From NCBI RefSeq assembly GCF_009914755.1, contig NC_060940.1: 64,000 bases of DNA; one strand, written 5' to 3'. Every line of letters starts with the position of its first letter. The stretch's first letter is position 1. The position numbers and the translations under genes were made by a program. The notes beneath the pieces are model-generated. The model ran no database searches, was not told the DNA's origin, and saw only the letters and a program-made list of their open reading frames with translations. This DNA comes from the human T2T-CHM13v2.0 reference genome, Homo sapiens. Positions 28,012 to 42,709 of this stretch are shown here, piece by piece.

Positions 28012-28281
28012 GAGCCCGACTTTCCATGGATGCACCATCCTAGAGTGCACCGTGAGCCCGGCTTTCCGCTGATGCACAGTCCCAGGGTGCGCCGGGAGCC
28101 CCGCCGTCCATGGAGGCACTGTCCCAGGGTGTGCCGTCGCCCTGAGCCCCGCCGTCCATGGAGGCACTGTCCCAGGGTGTGCCGTCGCCCTGAGCCCCGC
28201 CGTCCATGGAGGCACTGTCCCAGGGTGTGCCGTCGCCCTGAGCCCCGCCGTCCATGGAGGCACTGTCCCACGGTGCGCTCC
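28012..28281. repeat. GC/CpG-rich minisatellite, units of 42,42,48,48,48,42 bp
   Basis: Units start at 28012, 28054, 28096, 28144, 28192 and 28240; the three 48-mers are identical. Confidence 0.96.
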
Positions 28282-29294
28282 TCCTTAGAGGTCTCTGCAC
28301 TCTGCCTTTGCTGCCCACACTCTCCAGGAGCACCTTAGTTGGATCTTTACTTCCTTACTGCCTCTCTTGCCACGCGAATCCTTGAGTCACTTATAAGACA
28401 CTCCACGTTGATCATTTTCATTTGTCCTGTTTCCAGAGTGTTTATGAACACAATTTTACTTGCCAAATCTGGTTTCCATGTTGGACTAGAGGAACTAGAG
28501 GGCAGGACTTGCTGGATCAAATTTTTACTTCCATTTTATGACATCCCACAGGACTCATAAGACTTCATGTCCCCCAGATTATTTGATCTTCAACAGCTGT
28601 CAATCCAGCTAACTTTTATCTGACACATAATAGGTGCTCAATAAACATTTGTTAGCTGACTATCTGCTAAAGCAAAATTGATCTGATCTCAGCATCCCCT
28701 GCTTTAAAATCTCCTCTAGTTCCCCCTTCTCTTTGGGTTCTGACCACAGCTTGCAAGGCTGTTTGAAATCTACCCCCGCCTCTTACAATTTCACCTCCCA
28801 AAACTTGCTTCTAACCTTTGTTCCAGCTACACCCAATTTTGTACCACATCCTGAGTTGTTTCTTGTCACTGGTGCTGTATAAGGTGAGTTGACCATGATC
28901 CTAGTGGAACCTTAGCAGCAGGTAAGAGGAGAAAGCTGATAATGGGCGAAGCTGGGGGGAATTTGGTCAGCGAAGTTAGTGTCTCAAAGCAACACTTAAT
29001 TGGGGAGGTACTGATATGATAGACAGGTGTCTGAGCTGGTGCTTGGGGCAGGGCAGCCAGTGGGATCTGCAGAAGGTCTTGGTGCTGTCTTGATTAAAGG
29101 GGTACGAGGAAGCACTCCAAACAAGGCACTGCAAGGCCACAATGTGGGGACAGGGCCCAGGCCAGCCCCAGAGAGCAAAATCACAAAAGACAAACTGCTT
29201 TGGCCAATGGAGTTGAGGGAACGCTGGAAGAGCTTGGTGGACATGGACTTGGGGCACTGGACTGACGTCAGATCCCCCTGTGCTACTAAGATAG

Positions 29295-29817
<523 letters not shown>

Positions 29818-29849
29818 TGAAGAACAAGGATGTTTTCCTGTGCCTGATG

Positions 29850-30813
29850 AAGAACTATCCAGACAATTCACTGAAGAGGATAAACAGGTGGCAAATAAGC
29901 ACATAAAAAGATTATCAACACCCTTAGCCATTAGGGAAATGCAAGTTAAAACCACAATGAGAAATTACCACACACTTCTGAGAATGGCTATCATTTTTCT
30001 CTATTGAGAATGCAGAGATGCTGGATCACTCACACATCGCAGGGGGAGAATGTCAAATGATATCACCACTTCGAGAAAATCATCTGGCAATTTCTTCTAA
30101 AACTAAACATGCACTTACCATTTGACCCAGCAACTGTACTCTTAGGCATTTGTCCCAAATAAATGAAACCTGTATCCATGCAAGACCTGTACATGAATGT
30201 TCATAGCAGCTTTCATAAGAGCCCCAAACTGTAAACAACCCAAATGTCCTTCAGTGAGTCATTAGTTAAATTTTGATACATCCATATCCTGAAATACTAG
30301 TCGGCAATAAAAAAGGATAAACTATTAGATGGATAATAGAGAAAAAGATCCAGACTCAAACAGGTATATGCTGTATAATTCCATTTACATAACCTTCTTG
30401 AAATAACAAAAACATGGAGCTGGAGAACAGAATCCTGGGTGCCAAGGCTTAGGGAAAGGAGGGAGGGAGTGGGCGTGGCTATAAAGAAGCAGCAGCACAG
30501 GCCCCTTGTGATGAAACAGTTTTGTATCTTGATTGTAGCAGTGGTTGCATGAATCTACATATAGGATAAAGTCATATAGAATTGTGCATGTGTGCACACA
30601 TGCACACACACATATATGCCATGTGTGTAAAACTAGTGAAATCTGAATCAGCTCTATGGATGGTCCCAATGTCAGTTTCCTGGTTTGGATATTACATTAT
30701 AGTTATAGAAGATGTTACTGTCTGGGGAAACTGGGTGAGGGATACAGGGGACTTCCCTATATGTATATTTTTTGCAACTTCCTGTGAATCTATAATTATT
30801 CCAAAGTAAAAAG
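29850..30813 (+). mobile_element. Old L1M (MC/MD-type) 3' fragment
   Basis: ORF2-end motifs (gccattagggaaatgcaagttaaaaccacaatgag) and 3' UTR ending gcaacttcctgtgaatctataattattccaaagtaaaa. Confidence 0.78.
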
Positions 30814-31166
30814 CTAAACAATGAAACTGGCCAGGAGACAGCCTGCTGGCTTCCAACCTGGCAGCTCCCTAGGGGATTCTCATGAGTAGTTTCCACTGTA
30901 CATAACTTCATGCATGGACCCCTCATAAGATGGGACTCCTCTTTTGAAGCACAAGTGCGTATCCACGCTTTGTTCAAGCGGATTGACTTCCCTGGGATGC
31001 TGCTGCCGTGTCCTCATGCATCCCGCTGGGAGGACACTCATTTCCCCATTCACTGGGAAGAGACTCTTTTGGACGAGGTCAGGTGTTTGGTCACAGGGAC
31101 CTTTGGTAATCTGAAATGTCCTTTTAGTTTATTTAAAACATTTTTGTGCAAACATGTAGTATTTAA

Positions 31167-31548
<382 letters not shown>

Positions 31549-31929
31549 TACATTTAATTTTTTATTGATATGCAACATGCATATAGAAATGCACACGGAA
31601 ACAGTCACGAAGGCTTGATGAGATTTACTCATATAACTGAGAAGTAGAACTAGCTTCACTCATGCCCAGACGGTAACTTTCTCCTTTCCTTCCTTTCCAA
31701 AGGTAACCAAGTTAACATTGTAGGTGAATTGTGTCTATTTATACAAGTATTTTACTGCACAATTTTTAAGCATAAAAATAAAATCATAGAATAGACCTGT
31801 CGCCCAGCTTCAACAACTGCTAACCCTGTGTGAAATGGCCTTTTAACCAAACATATTTGTAATACGTTGACCTAGGCTATGTTCCTAAGTGTCTTTTGAA
31901 ACCCAGGGACAGAAACTAGGCTTCCAAAT

Positions 31930-32560
31930 GTTGAGAGCTGTCTATGTGCCAGGCAAAGTTGTGAGTGCTTCACACCGCTGTCTTACATAACTCTCCCAAC
32001 AACCGTATGTGGTCATTACTCTTCTCTCTCTTCCAGGTGATGAAATTTAGACACAGAGAGGCTATGTAACTTGCCCCAGGCCACACAGCTAGTATCTGGC
32101 AGAGGTGGGTTTCAAACCCAGGCACTCTGGCTCCAGAGCCTGAGCATTTAACCTCTTAACCTTAGCAACACTTTCAATTTCATCCAAGTGATTGGTTCCA
32201 TCAAGCATAGAAGATACCAGATGTGGTAGAGGGAGGAGACAGAATTCTTTCCAGACACTGCCATTTGAGAGCAATGCACCATAGCAAAGTGGTTAGATAC
32301 TTGAACTTTGGGGTAAATTGCACCTAGATTCTAGTCCCCCACTACACACACAGACAGCTGTGTGACCACAGGGAAATTGCTTAACCTCTCTATGCCCCAG
32401 TTTCCCTTGTATAAAATGAGGCTACTAACAGCGCTGTTAACATAGGATTGCTTGAGGGTAAAAAAAAAAAAAGTGCACAAAGCTGTTAGCATAAGTGAAA
32501 TACTTAGCATAGTGCAATACTCATAATGCTCATTGCTCATAAATGTTAACTATTATGATT
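31930..32560. mobile_element. Two MIRs in opposite orientation
   Basis: MIR cores at about 32030-32150 (-) and 32360-32430 (+). Confidence 0.7.
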
Positions 32561-33375
32561 AATGAATGGACACCTGGCCCTTCAAGAGAGAAATTTTGCT
32601 CTTGGGTTCTGGGTGGTAGCTTGGGGAGGGGGGCCGCTTCTGCATGAGCACTGTTGTATAAAAGAGGGCAATTTCTGATCCTTGGTGAAAAACAAAGGTG
32701 CCATCTAGGAGTCCCATTGTTTGAAAGTAAGTCCGTGCCCTTCAAAGCTTGGAAGCCATCTGATTAACATGTCACCTCTGAAACCAAGGCGGAGGAGGGG
32801 ACTGTTTCAAGCATTCTACCTATATGTGACAGGGACCCTGGGGAGGACCGCCTGCAAGGATGGCAGAGATGCCACGGCAAACTCATTCTTAAACTATCCA
32901 AGAAGCTACAAAGGAGGGTTTTGGAGTGAAACTGATGGATAACCCTACTCTCTCCCAATATTCTTCTTAGGAATATGTTGAAGATTTGGGTTCAGCTTCC
33001 TAGAAAACAAAAGGAAACTCTTGTTTTTTCTGGCACCTCTCTGATCTCATCACCTATGACCTACCTTCCCCACCCCCACTTCCTGCCATCTCTGTCCGCA
33101 CCATTCTCTCTGCTTCCCCACACCAGGCACCCGCCCATCTCGGGGCCTTTGCACCTGCTCTTCCCTTGGCCAGAACTCTCCTTTCCAGGCAGCCAGGGGT
33201 TCGTTGCCTTAGGTCTTTCCTCTGTTACCTCCAAAGTGAGCCTTGCTTGACTGCCCTCTACAACAGTGAGCATTAGGATTTTTCAACATTAAACCCAACA
33301 ACACTTTTAATAACACTTTATTTAGATGTAGTTCACATACCATAACCAAGAGAACACCTCATCTAGTTTTATGGA

Positions 33376-33410
33376 CTGTATTTTGTGGATTCTAAAGTGC
33401 ATTTTTTTCT

Positions 33411-33446
<36 letters not shown>

Positions 33447-33864
33447 CAGGATTTTGCTCTGTTGCCCAGGCTGTGGTGTAGCGGTGCAATCATAGCTCAC
33501 TGCAGCCTCGACCTCCTGGGCTCCCCGCTCAGCCTCCTGAGTAGCTGAGACAACAGCCATGCACCATGACACCCGGCTAATTGGTTTATTTTTTGTAGAG
33601 ATGGGGTCTCACTATTTTTTGCCCAGGCTGGTCTCAAACTCCTGGGCTCAAGCGATCCTCCCACCTTGCTCTCCCAAAGTGTTATAGGTGTGAGCCACCA
33701 TGCCCAGCCTTTTTGCAGTTTTAACGTCTCTGACATCAGGATGCAGCTTACAGTGATAGCATGTCATAGTCTACACGGCAGTGTTTTATTTTTTCTTTCT
33801 TAGTGATACATAAAATGATGGTGTACGTTAAAATTGAAGGACTCTTTGAATCAATGAAATATGG
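33376..33864. mobile_element. MER104-like Tc2 MITE interrupted by an AluJ (33412-33709, -)
   Basis: TIR-like ends ctgtattttgtggattctaa / ttgaatcaatgaaatatgg; Alu dimer inside. Confidence 0.65.
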
Positions 33865-35644
33865 TACCCAAAGTCTTCATAATCATTTATTCTCAAGAAC
33901 TCCAAGTACAGATTTCAGCTGGACAGTTAGTAAAGATGTAAAGTACATTCTTGAACCCCCATTTGGGGTTAGATAACACTGGGGTGTGTTGTAAGGTATT
34001 GAATCTGCAGTTGCTTCTAAGTTCATGTGTATTGGACGGTGGGAATTTTTTTCATTAATGTATAATTCTTACCATTCTTTTTAGAATTGCCTTTCTTCTT
34101 TTCTGTTCCTGCTTCTCTAATGCTTGCTGGGGGATTTCTTTTCTTTTGAGAATGTTAAAAACAATAATAATGAAAAAATTTCACAGTGACTCCGTCTTTG
34201 AACACTGCTATCAAGGTGAGCGTCTAGTGGAAATTTGGGGCTTGCTGGGCTGCCACAGGCAGTTTGCATTTAAACAAACTGTGGCTTTGATTTAAGAATC
34301 TAACTTGATAGGTAATATATCTAAAGCAGAAAATAATATATACACTGTTTCTATCCGAATTATCAAGTTCTTTGTGCAACGTGTTTATTTCTCTGAGTGA
34401 TTATGCATTTAATAAATAATGTGTTTCAATGGGTATTATTTTCATTTCAGTGTTTAATACTTCTACAATATGTCTCAGGTTCAGGGTTGAATGGCACCTG
34501 ATAAATTACGAGCTGTTATTAGCTGCTTTCTTGTTGCATCTTAATTATTAGGTTGAAAAGAAAGGGCAGACTTTTATAAGCATTCATATTTTCTGTTTAC
34601 AAGGCTTTTACTGACGTCTACTAAATTTAATTACCTCTAATAAGAAGAGGAAATGAAGTTCTATTTAGCAAATCCATAGCTTTGAAACTCATCTTGTAGC
34701 TTTATGAGCATGGCAAGCTCCAGGAAGGTGAAAGCTATTTAAGGAGCTGTTGCTGGGTTAAACTAACTGCAAAACTGTTAAATTATTTTTGTTTCCATTT
34801 TATTGCTTAACCTCCAGGGTAAACTTCGGACTACCTGATAAAGCAGCCACTCCGGAACTTTAAACTTTACATGCTTTACCCCACAGGGCCAAAGCGGGCT
34901 CCTGTATTAAAGGTACATTTTTCAAACATAATTTTAAATTTGGAAATTGATTGTGTCTTGACCTACTTATTTCCAAGAGCTGTTCATTTCTGACTCCTTT
35001 GTTTTGCTCATATTATAAATCTATTGTTCTTTCAGGAGGGCTCCCAGCTGCTGAGGGGGTGGAGGGAGGAATCAGTGCAGGGAAGATGAGCTCATTCTGC
35101 CAGCACCACCATCATTTGAATCAGACCCACAACTAACTGGGACTCCAGCTGCAGATAAAACACCTCGGGTCTGCGAGCGTCCACTTCTGACAGAGGGGCT
35201 AGGACAGAAAGAAGACTGCTGGCTTAGAAGGGTTGTGTTTGGGGAAAGAGGGATCCTACAAAATATTTAAAGGCTTATTTTATAGGGCATCAGATAGTTA
35301 ATTTGGATTTATTTTTTGGTCCAATATCTTCCCAGATAATACTTTATAAGTGTCTAGGTTTCCATTTATTGTAGTCTACTGGCAGACAGACCCTTGGCAG
35401 AAAAACCATGCTACTTAGTGATAGCTCTTTCTTTTCGTGGTCTTTCTTTAAAACCTAAAAACAAGCCAGGTATTAACAGGAAGGTCTTGTGAAAGAATGA
35501 TCATCTCTGAAAGGTGTCCCCAGTCCTGAGGCCTGCTCTCACTGGGACAGCTGTTCTGCTCTGAGGAGCTGCCTGGGGGCTGTCCTCAGCTCCTTCTTGG
35601 TCCTCATCACACGCTCCCCTTCCCTCCAGCCGAGGGGTCGCATC

Positions 35645-36142
35645 CTCCAGGAGTTTAAGATGAGCCTAGGCATCACAGCAAGACCCCCATCTTTAAAGAA
35701 AATAAAAATAAAAATTAGCCCAGTGTGGTGGTCCCTGCCTGGAGTCCTAGCTACCTAGGGGGCTGAGATGGGAGGATCACTGGAGCCTAGAAAATTGAGG
35801 CTGCAGTGAGCTACCGTCGCACTGCTGCACTCCAGCCTAGGCAACAGAGTGAGACCTTGAAAAAAAAAAAGGTAGAGAAGAAAAAGAAAGAAGAAAGAAA
35901 GAAAGAGAGAGAGAGAAGAAAGAAAAAAGAAAGAAAAGAAAGAAAGAAGAAAGAAAGAAAAAGAAGGAAAGAAAAAGAGAAAGAAAGAAAGAATGAAAGA
36001 GAAAGAGAAGAAAGAAAAAATATACAGAAAAAAATTTATTTTCTTTAGAGATGGGGTATTGCTTTCTGCCTATAAGCTTCTGGCCTCAAGTAATCCTCCT
36101 GCCTTGTTCTGGGAGTATAGGTATGAGCCATTGCACCTGGCC
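35645..36142. mobile_element. AluJ (+) with an expanded GAAA tail (35860-36020), then an Alu monomer (-)
   Basis: Alu sequences either side of a purine tract. Confidence 0.8.
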
Positions 36143-36825
36143 TTTGAGCATATGCATCTTTGCCATTTCAATTTCTTTTTTTGAGAATTGCCTGTTCAGA
36201 TCTTTCAACATTTAAAAAATCTCACTCCTTTTTTTATTGATTTGTGGGAGCACTTTGTATATGGTGGAGCCACTGCACCTGGCCTTTGAGCATATTTTAA
36301 ATGCATATTTGCCATTTCAATTTCTTTTTTTGAGAATTGCCTGTTCAGATCTTTCAATGTTTAAAAAATCTCAGTCCTTTTTTTATTGATTTGTGGGAGC
36401 TCTTTGTATGTTGTGGATATTATCCCCCTCTCTGTTATGTGTCACAAGTATTGTTTTCCAGTCTATTATTTGTCTTTGAATGCTGTTCATGGTATCTTTT
36501 TATATTTATAGTATCTTATACAAGCATTTTTTATATAGTCAAATCTGTTCATGTTTTCTATTATTGCTTCTTGTTTTTCTCTTATAAGATCTTTCCATCA
36601 CAAATTACTCTTTGTTTTCTCTAGGCATTTTTTTTGTTTTATGCCTTTATCTTCAATTTTTTAATTCATCTCACATTGATTTTGGTGAATAATGTGAGAG
36701 GAGGTTCTGGTTCTTTCTCCCCACCATGTCCCCCACAGATATATTTAGTTGCCTTAACACCAGTCAATGGATGATCAATACTTCTAAAACTGATTTGGAA
36801 ATTTCTCTCTTTAATATTTTAACTT

Positions 36826-37117
36826 CTTTTTTTAATTTTTGAGACAGGGTCTTGCTCTGTCACTCAGTCTGGAGTGCAGTGGAGTGATTATGGCTCACTA
36901 CAGCCTCAATCTCCCAGGCTCAACTGATCCTCCTGCCTTAGCCTCCTGAGTGGCTGTGTGTACCACCATGCCTAGCTATTTTTTTAAAAAAATATTTTTT
37001 GAGAAACAAGGTCTCACTATGTTGCCCAGGCTGATCTTGAACTCCTGAGCTCAAGTGATCTTCTTGCCTTGGCCTCCTGAAGTGCTGAGATTGCAGGCAT
37101 GAGCCACTGTGCTGGCC
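36826..37117 (-). mobile_element. AluJ
   Basis: Full dimer. Confidence 0.88.
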
Positions 37118-38419
37118 CTAACTTCTAATTTTTAAAGGAGACTCATCTTGAGCATGCTTAAAGATCTGGAAGAAGGATCCAGTATATAGCATGAGGTTGA
37201 AGAATTCAGGAGAACTCAAAGAATGCTGGAAGAAGTCTTGGTTCTAGAAAATGGGAGGGAATTAGACCAGAGAACAAAGATTCATCTTGAAGGAGGCTGG
37301 AGGGAAGGAGGTGAGGATGGATGTCCCATGGATAACACATAGGTGAGATGATGGGAGTTGGAGGAGTTAACATCTAAAGACTCCATTTTTGTGATGAAGG
37401 GGCATGCGGCCATTTGCTGAGAGCAGCAGGAGAATTGGACATTTGTAGAAAGCAAATGTCTGACTCATCACGGAGGTTTTCGTTAAAGCAAGATGGGAAG
37501 GGTCCAGAAGAATGGTGGGGTTTGTCAAATATGTCTAATCTAAGTGTGTTTCATCACCTCCACCAATACACCCCAGTGCATCCTCTTACGTGGATTGCTG
37601 CAGTGGTCCCACACAGGCAGGGACGGGTGTCTGTCTTGTTCACTGCTTCATCTCTGCAATCTAGGACAGTGCCTAGCACATAGGAAACATTTATTAAGCA
37701 CTTATTGAATACATGAATGGATACTGGGAAGCTTTTTTGCTATGGAACGAAGGTTCTGGAGGACACAATGGAATGAGTGTGGAGATGAGAAGATAGGCCG
37801 GGGAAGATACAGATGAGAAGCATGCTGGGACTTTGGGCAGCTACAAGGCAGAGCTGAGGTGTGATCACAGTCCTGGGGAAGCTACAGATGGGTTGCCCCA
37901 ATTCAGCATGTGCTCAAGATTCCAAATAAGAGGCTGCCAGAGACAAGTTCTTATTCCTCTTTTAGCGGGGCAGGAAGGGGACTTGCTGGCTCTGGGGGCA
38001 TTTGTCTTCCCTGGGTTACCAGTAGATCCTCAGAGCCTGGCTGCCCTGGTCATCATGTGAAGTAGCTGAAGAGTGTCTTAGGTGGCAAGTGACCAGGGCC
38101 CCAAAGAAGCCCTTGCCTGGGTGGCTGGGGAGAGAGGATTGGCTGCCATGGAAGACCACACACCATGATAGTGGTGGACAGGCAGGGGTGACTTAGTGAC
38201 TGAACCTTCCCTTGACAGAAGCAGAAACCATCTGTGATGTCGAGAAGTGACCGAGCCCACAAAGAAGGCTCTGTCTAGATTGTAAACCTACAAAAACATT
38301 TTTGGAATGAATGAGTGATTAGATGGCTGAATGAACAGTTGTATAACAGATGGACATTTTCCATTTCAAAGGGAATGGAGTCCAATGGGATTTCCTCTGG
38401 ACTATCCCACTTACTTCTC

Positions 38420-38755
38420 CAGTAATCATTAGTGCGGTTTGTCAAAGACTTCTGTCTTCCCACCTTCTGAGAACATGGTAAGATTGCACTTCCCAGCCTT
38501 AGGTAGGACACATGATGAGTTCTGGCCCAAGAGTTTTGAGCAGAAGTATCGTGGGTTGTGTTCAAACCAAAGAATTTACTTGCTGGTGCAAGAACTTTGG
38601 ACATCTTTTTCTCTGTCGTGTGCTGCTCTGTTAGCTGGAGTCCCTGGATGAGTAGGAGGAGCCCCTTTGACAACCCATGACGGACCAATAGCATGAGTGA
38701 GAAACATGGGGGGTGCTTGTTACCTAGCATAACCTAGTCTAGCCCAACTGACACA
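38420..38755 (+). mobile_element. MaLR LTR (MLT1I/J-like)
   Basis: agattgcacttcccagcc...cttgttacctagcataacctagtctagcccaactgacaca. Confidence 0.55.
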
Positions 38756-38817
38756 CCTTCTCATCTAATCTGAACTCCAATTATAACTATTCCTAGAGGA
38801 AAGAAAAAGGAAGCCTA

Positions 38818-39905
<1,088 letters not shown>

Positions 39906-42709
39906 GACCTGATGGTGTCTTCTCAACCCTTTCTTTGCCAAGTAGGAATGAAGCCATAGTTATCCCTGTCTCTGCAGGTCAGAAAAATACATCCAGTTTG
40001 ACTCTAGGTAGAAAAGCACCCCTTGACACAATTAGGTCATGAATGAATTCAGGCTTTTCTACCTCTTCTTCCTGTGTCTTATGCTCCTTTCCAAATGCCC
40101 CTTTGAACAATCCCTGTTCCTCACTGAGGACCTCATTTACACTAACAAGAGACTGAGACCTCCCAGAAATGTTTGCTGTTTAAACACAGGGAGGGAGGAA
40201 TACATTGCCAATGGCGCAAGTTCAAAATCCCATGAGGAAATATTTTGGGGGTGGGAAACCCCTGAAATTGAATGCCATGGATAATAATGCCTCCCAAGAA
40301 GGATGCCCTATCCCCACAAGCCACATCCTGAGTCACAGCTCTACCTATTCCTCGTGCTGCTGTTTGATTTACTGTATTTGGAGTTAGGCTTTCCTGGATG
40401 TGCTATTTAAGTGACAGCATGATTCTATGACTTTACCCAGAAGTTTCCCTGGGAACCCATAAAGCCCGACTATAACATTCAGCATCTTTATTGGAGTTGA
40501 GCCTATAATAGGACTGAAATGGAGTTCTAACATTCTGGAATGTTCTTAGGCTCTGCCAAGCGATTGCTGCTTGCAGGATCTCAGAGGCTTGATGTGGGCA
40601 CTGTGAGGCAAAGGCGTCAGGATATAGACTCAGGCTCGGCGTGTCTGGTTTGTCAGGCCTTGTCAGATTCCATCTTCAAATAGGACAACCATTAACCCTG
40701 GAAGCACCCCAGAGTGACAGCCAGAGTGGCCCCAGGGCTCTTAGCTGTGTGCCTTTGGACATGGAAGCTGGGGGCTGCCACTTCCTGTGCCCGTAGGAGG
40801 TCGGGGTGTGGAGCTGTGGCCAGTGAGACTGAGGCTACAGGAAAGTTGGCCTCCCCAGCTCTGGTCAGTGATTTGGTCCTAAGTAGCTCTGCTTGACTGT
40901 TACAGGAGATAACTCTGATAGAGCCAGGGTCTAAGGAGTGGAGATAGTGGAGGTGATTTCTGAAAAGGTTGGCAGCTACCAGGATAGGCAACGCCCCCTC
41001 CTCTTTCCTCTTGAGTACTGTGGGCAAGAGCCATGCTGACCGTGCAGCCCCACTGTCACCGGCTTCTCCTCTCTCCGCTCCACCTTGGATGCCTCTCACT
41101 TGGCTGCTGGGCACCTACTGAGGCTCTAGGACTACATCTTTGCCATGAAGAAGAACCATCATGGGGAAAAGACAATTTCTTTTGGTCCCTGCTCCAAAAG
41201 GAGACAAGACCCCACCCCGTAATTCCTCATAAGAAAGCTGAGACCACACAGCAATGATGGCTGAAGGTTGAGCGCGGGTTTGATGACAACTACAGGGACC
41301 TACAACATCCAAAAAGAAAACCAAACGCTAATACTCAGACTCTCTCCCTAGAAACCAGGGGTCCTTCCACTTCACAAGGGAGGCTATGTCTGCCACCTCT
41401 TTGTTTATCCCCCACCTTGCTACCAAATGCAAGAACCAGACAAGAAGTCTCTTCCTGATGGTCCTCTCTTTCCTCACTCCTGGTCTGAAGTCCTCACTGT
41501 TGAGCTCTTGTAAGAAAATGTTTTTTTAAAAATCAGATAACATCGTAATAGTTTCTGCAGAGATAGGCATCGTTCTTTGTGAAGCCAGCCTTTGACATGC
41601 TTAGCGTCTCATCTGTGATATGTGTCTCTGGATGACTGTACTACCTCAGGACAGTGAGGGAGGGTCTTATCCTAATTTCAGCATGAATTAACTTGCCCCC
41701 CACAAGGGGCTCCTCCCACAGTGGGAGTTACCTCAAAGGCCAGCCCAAAGACCTGTCCTTGGAACTGCCAAGAGTTTAGAAACACTGGAGTCGAGTTGCA
41801 AGCCACCCTGCTAATACTTCCTATTTCTCAACTACAGAATGGCCAGTTGCCCCCACAGCTGCAAGGAGATAGCAACCAGATCATTAGATTGGATCCCAAA
41901 GAACATTCCAATCCATTCTCCAGCAGGCTTTCATTGAACACCCTCACCTCCTGCTACATCCTGGGAGGACCCTGGCCCAGATAAACCCACTTTAGTAGAA
42001 AGAAAGAACACAACAGAAATAGCACAATGTGATTCATAATCAAAGACTGACTCAGAAAAGGAGACTTCAGTTAGCAGGAAACGTGTCATAAGGCCATATT
42101 CTGGAGTACATTTGCTCTGGGAATTTGTAACACAATCTTAGAATTCCAGAGCTGGAAGGATCTTGAAAACCAACTATTCTAATTTCTTCATTTTCAAGGA
42201 AGGAGGCTGAGATCTCAAACAGTGATATGACTTGCCCAAGGTCAAACAGCTTAGTGAGGTCACAACTGGGCCTGGTGCTTGGGTTTGCTAACTTCTGGTT
42301 CTTCATGTGTATCACGGCAAAACTGATGCTGTGTGCAGGAGTCGGCTCCTGAGGCTTTAAAGGAAGGAGAAGGATTAATCTTACCTGAACTCACTGGGGC
42401 TTAAGTTGGCTGGAAGCAGCATGAGCTTCCTCTGCCTCTGAAGACCCAGGCCTGACTCATTTGTGACTGGATCATTTGCCTGGCAAGCCAGCAGCATCCT
42501 GGCTAATCTCTACCCTCTCCCTCTCCCCTTCAGTCCACCAGCAATCTCCCTTACACCCAGCTCTAGTTGGTGCCATGCCTCCACTCAGGTCCTTCCAGTG
42601 ACTCCCACCACCCTCTTGGGATCTGCTAAAGTTAGTGGATGCACTTTTTTTCCTTGACTAAGTCTTTCATTGATCCTTTTCATCACTGCCAAAAAGGTTA
42701 CTTTCTAAA

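Noticed and set aside
28012-28281. CRISPR-like array appearance
   Set aside because: Head-to-tail units with no unique spacers, human context, no cas genes.
27948-28338. Four overlapping repetitive ORFs on both strands (e.g. PRVCRRPEPRRPWRHC repeats)
   Set aside because: They arise because the 42/48-bp GC-rich VNTR units are multiples of 3; there is no independent coding evidence.
34990-35053. Strong-looking acceptor (ttgttctttcag|g at 35035) as a possible alternative FTO last exon
   Set aside because: Such sites are common, it would stop after five more codons, and no transcript evidence is available from sequence alone.
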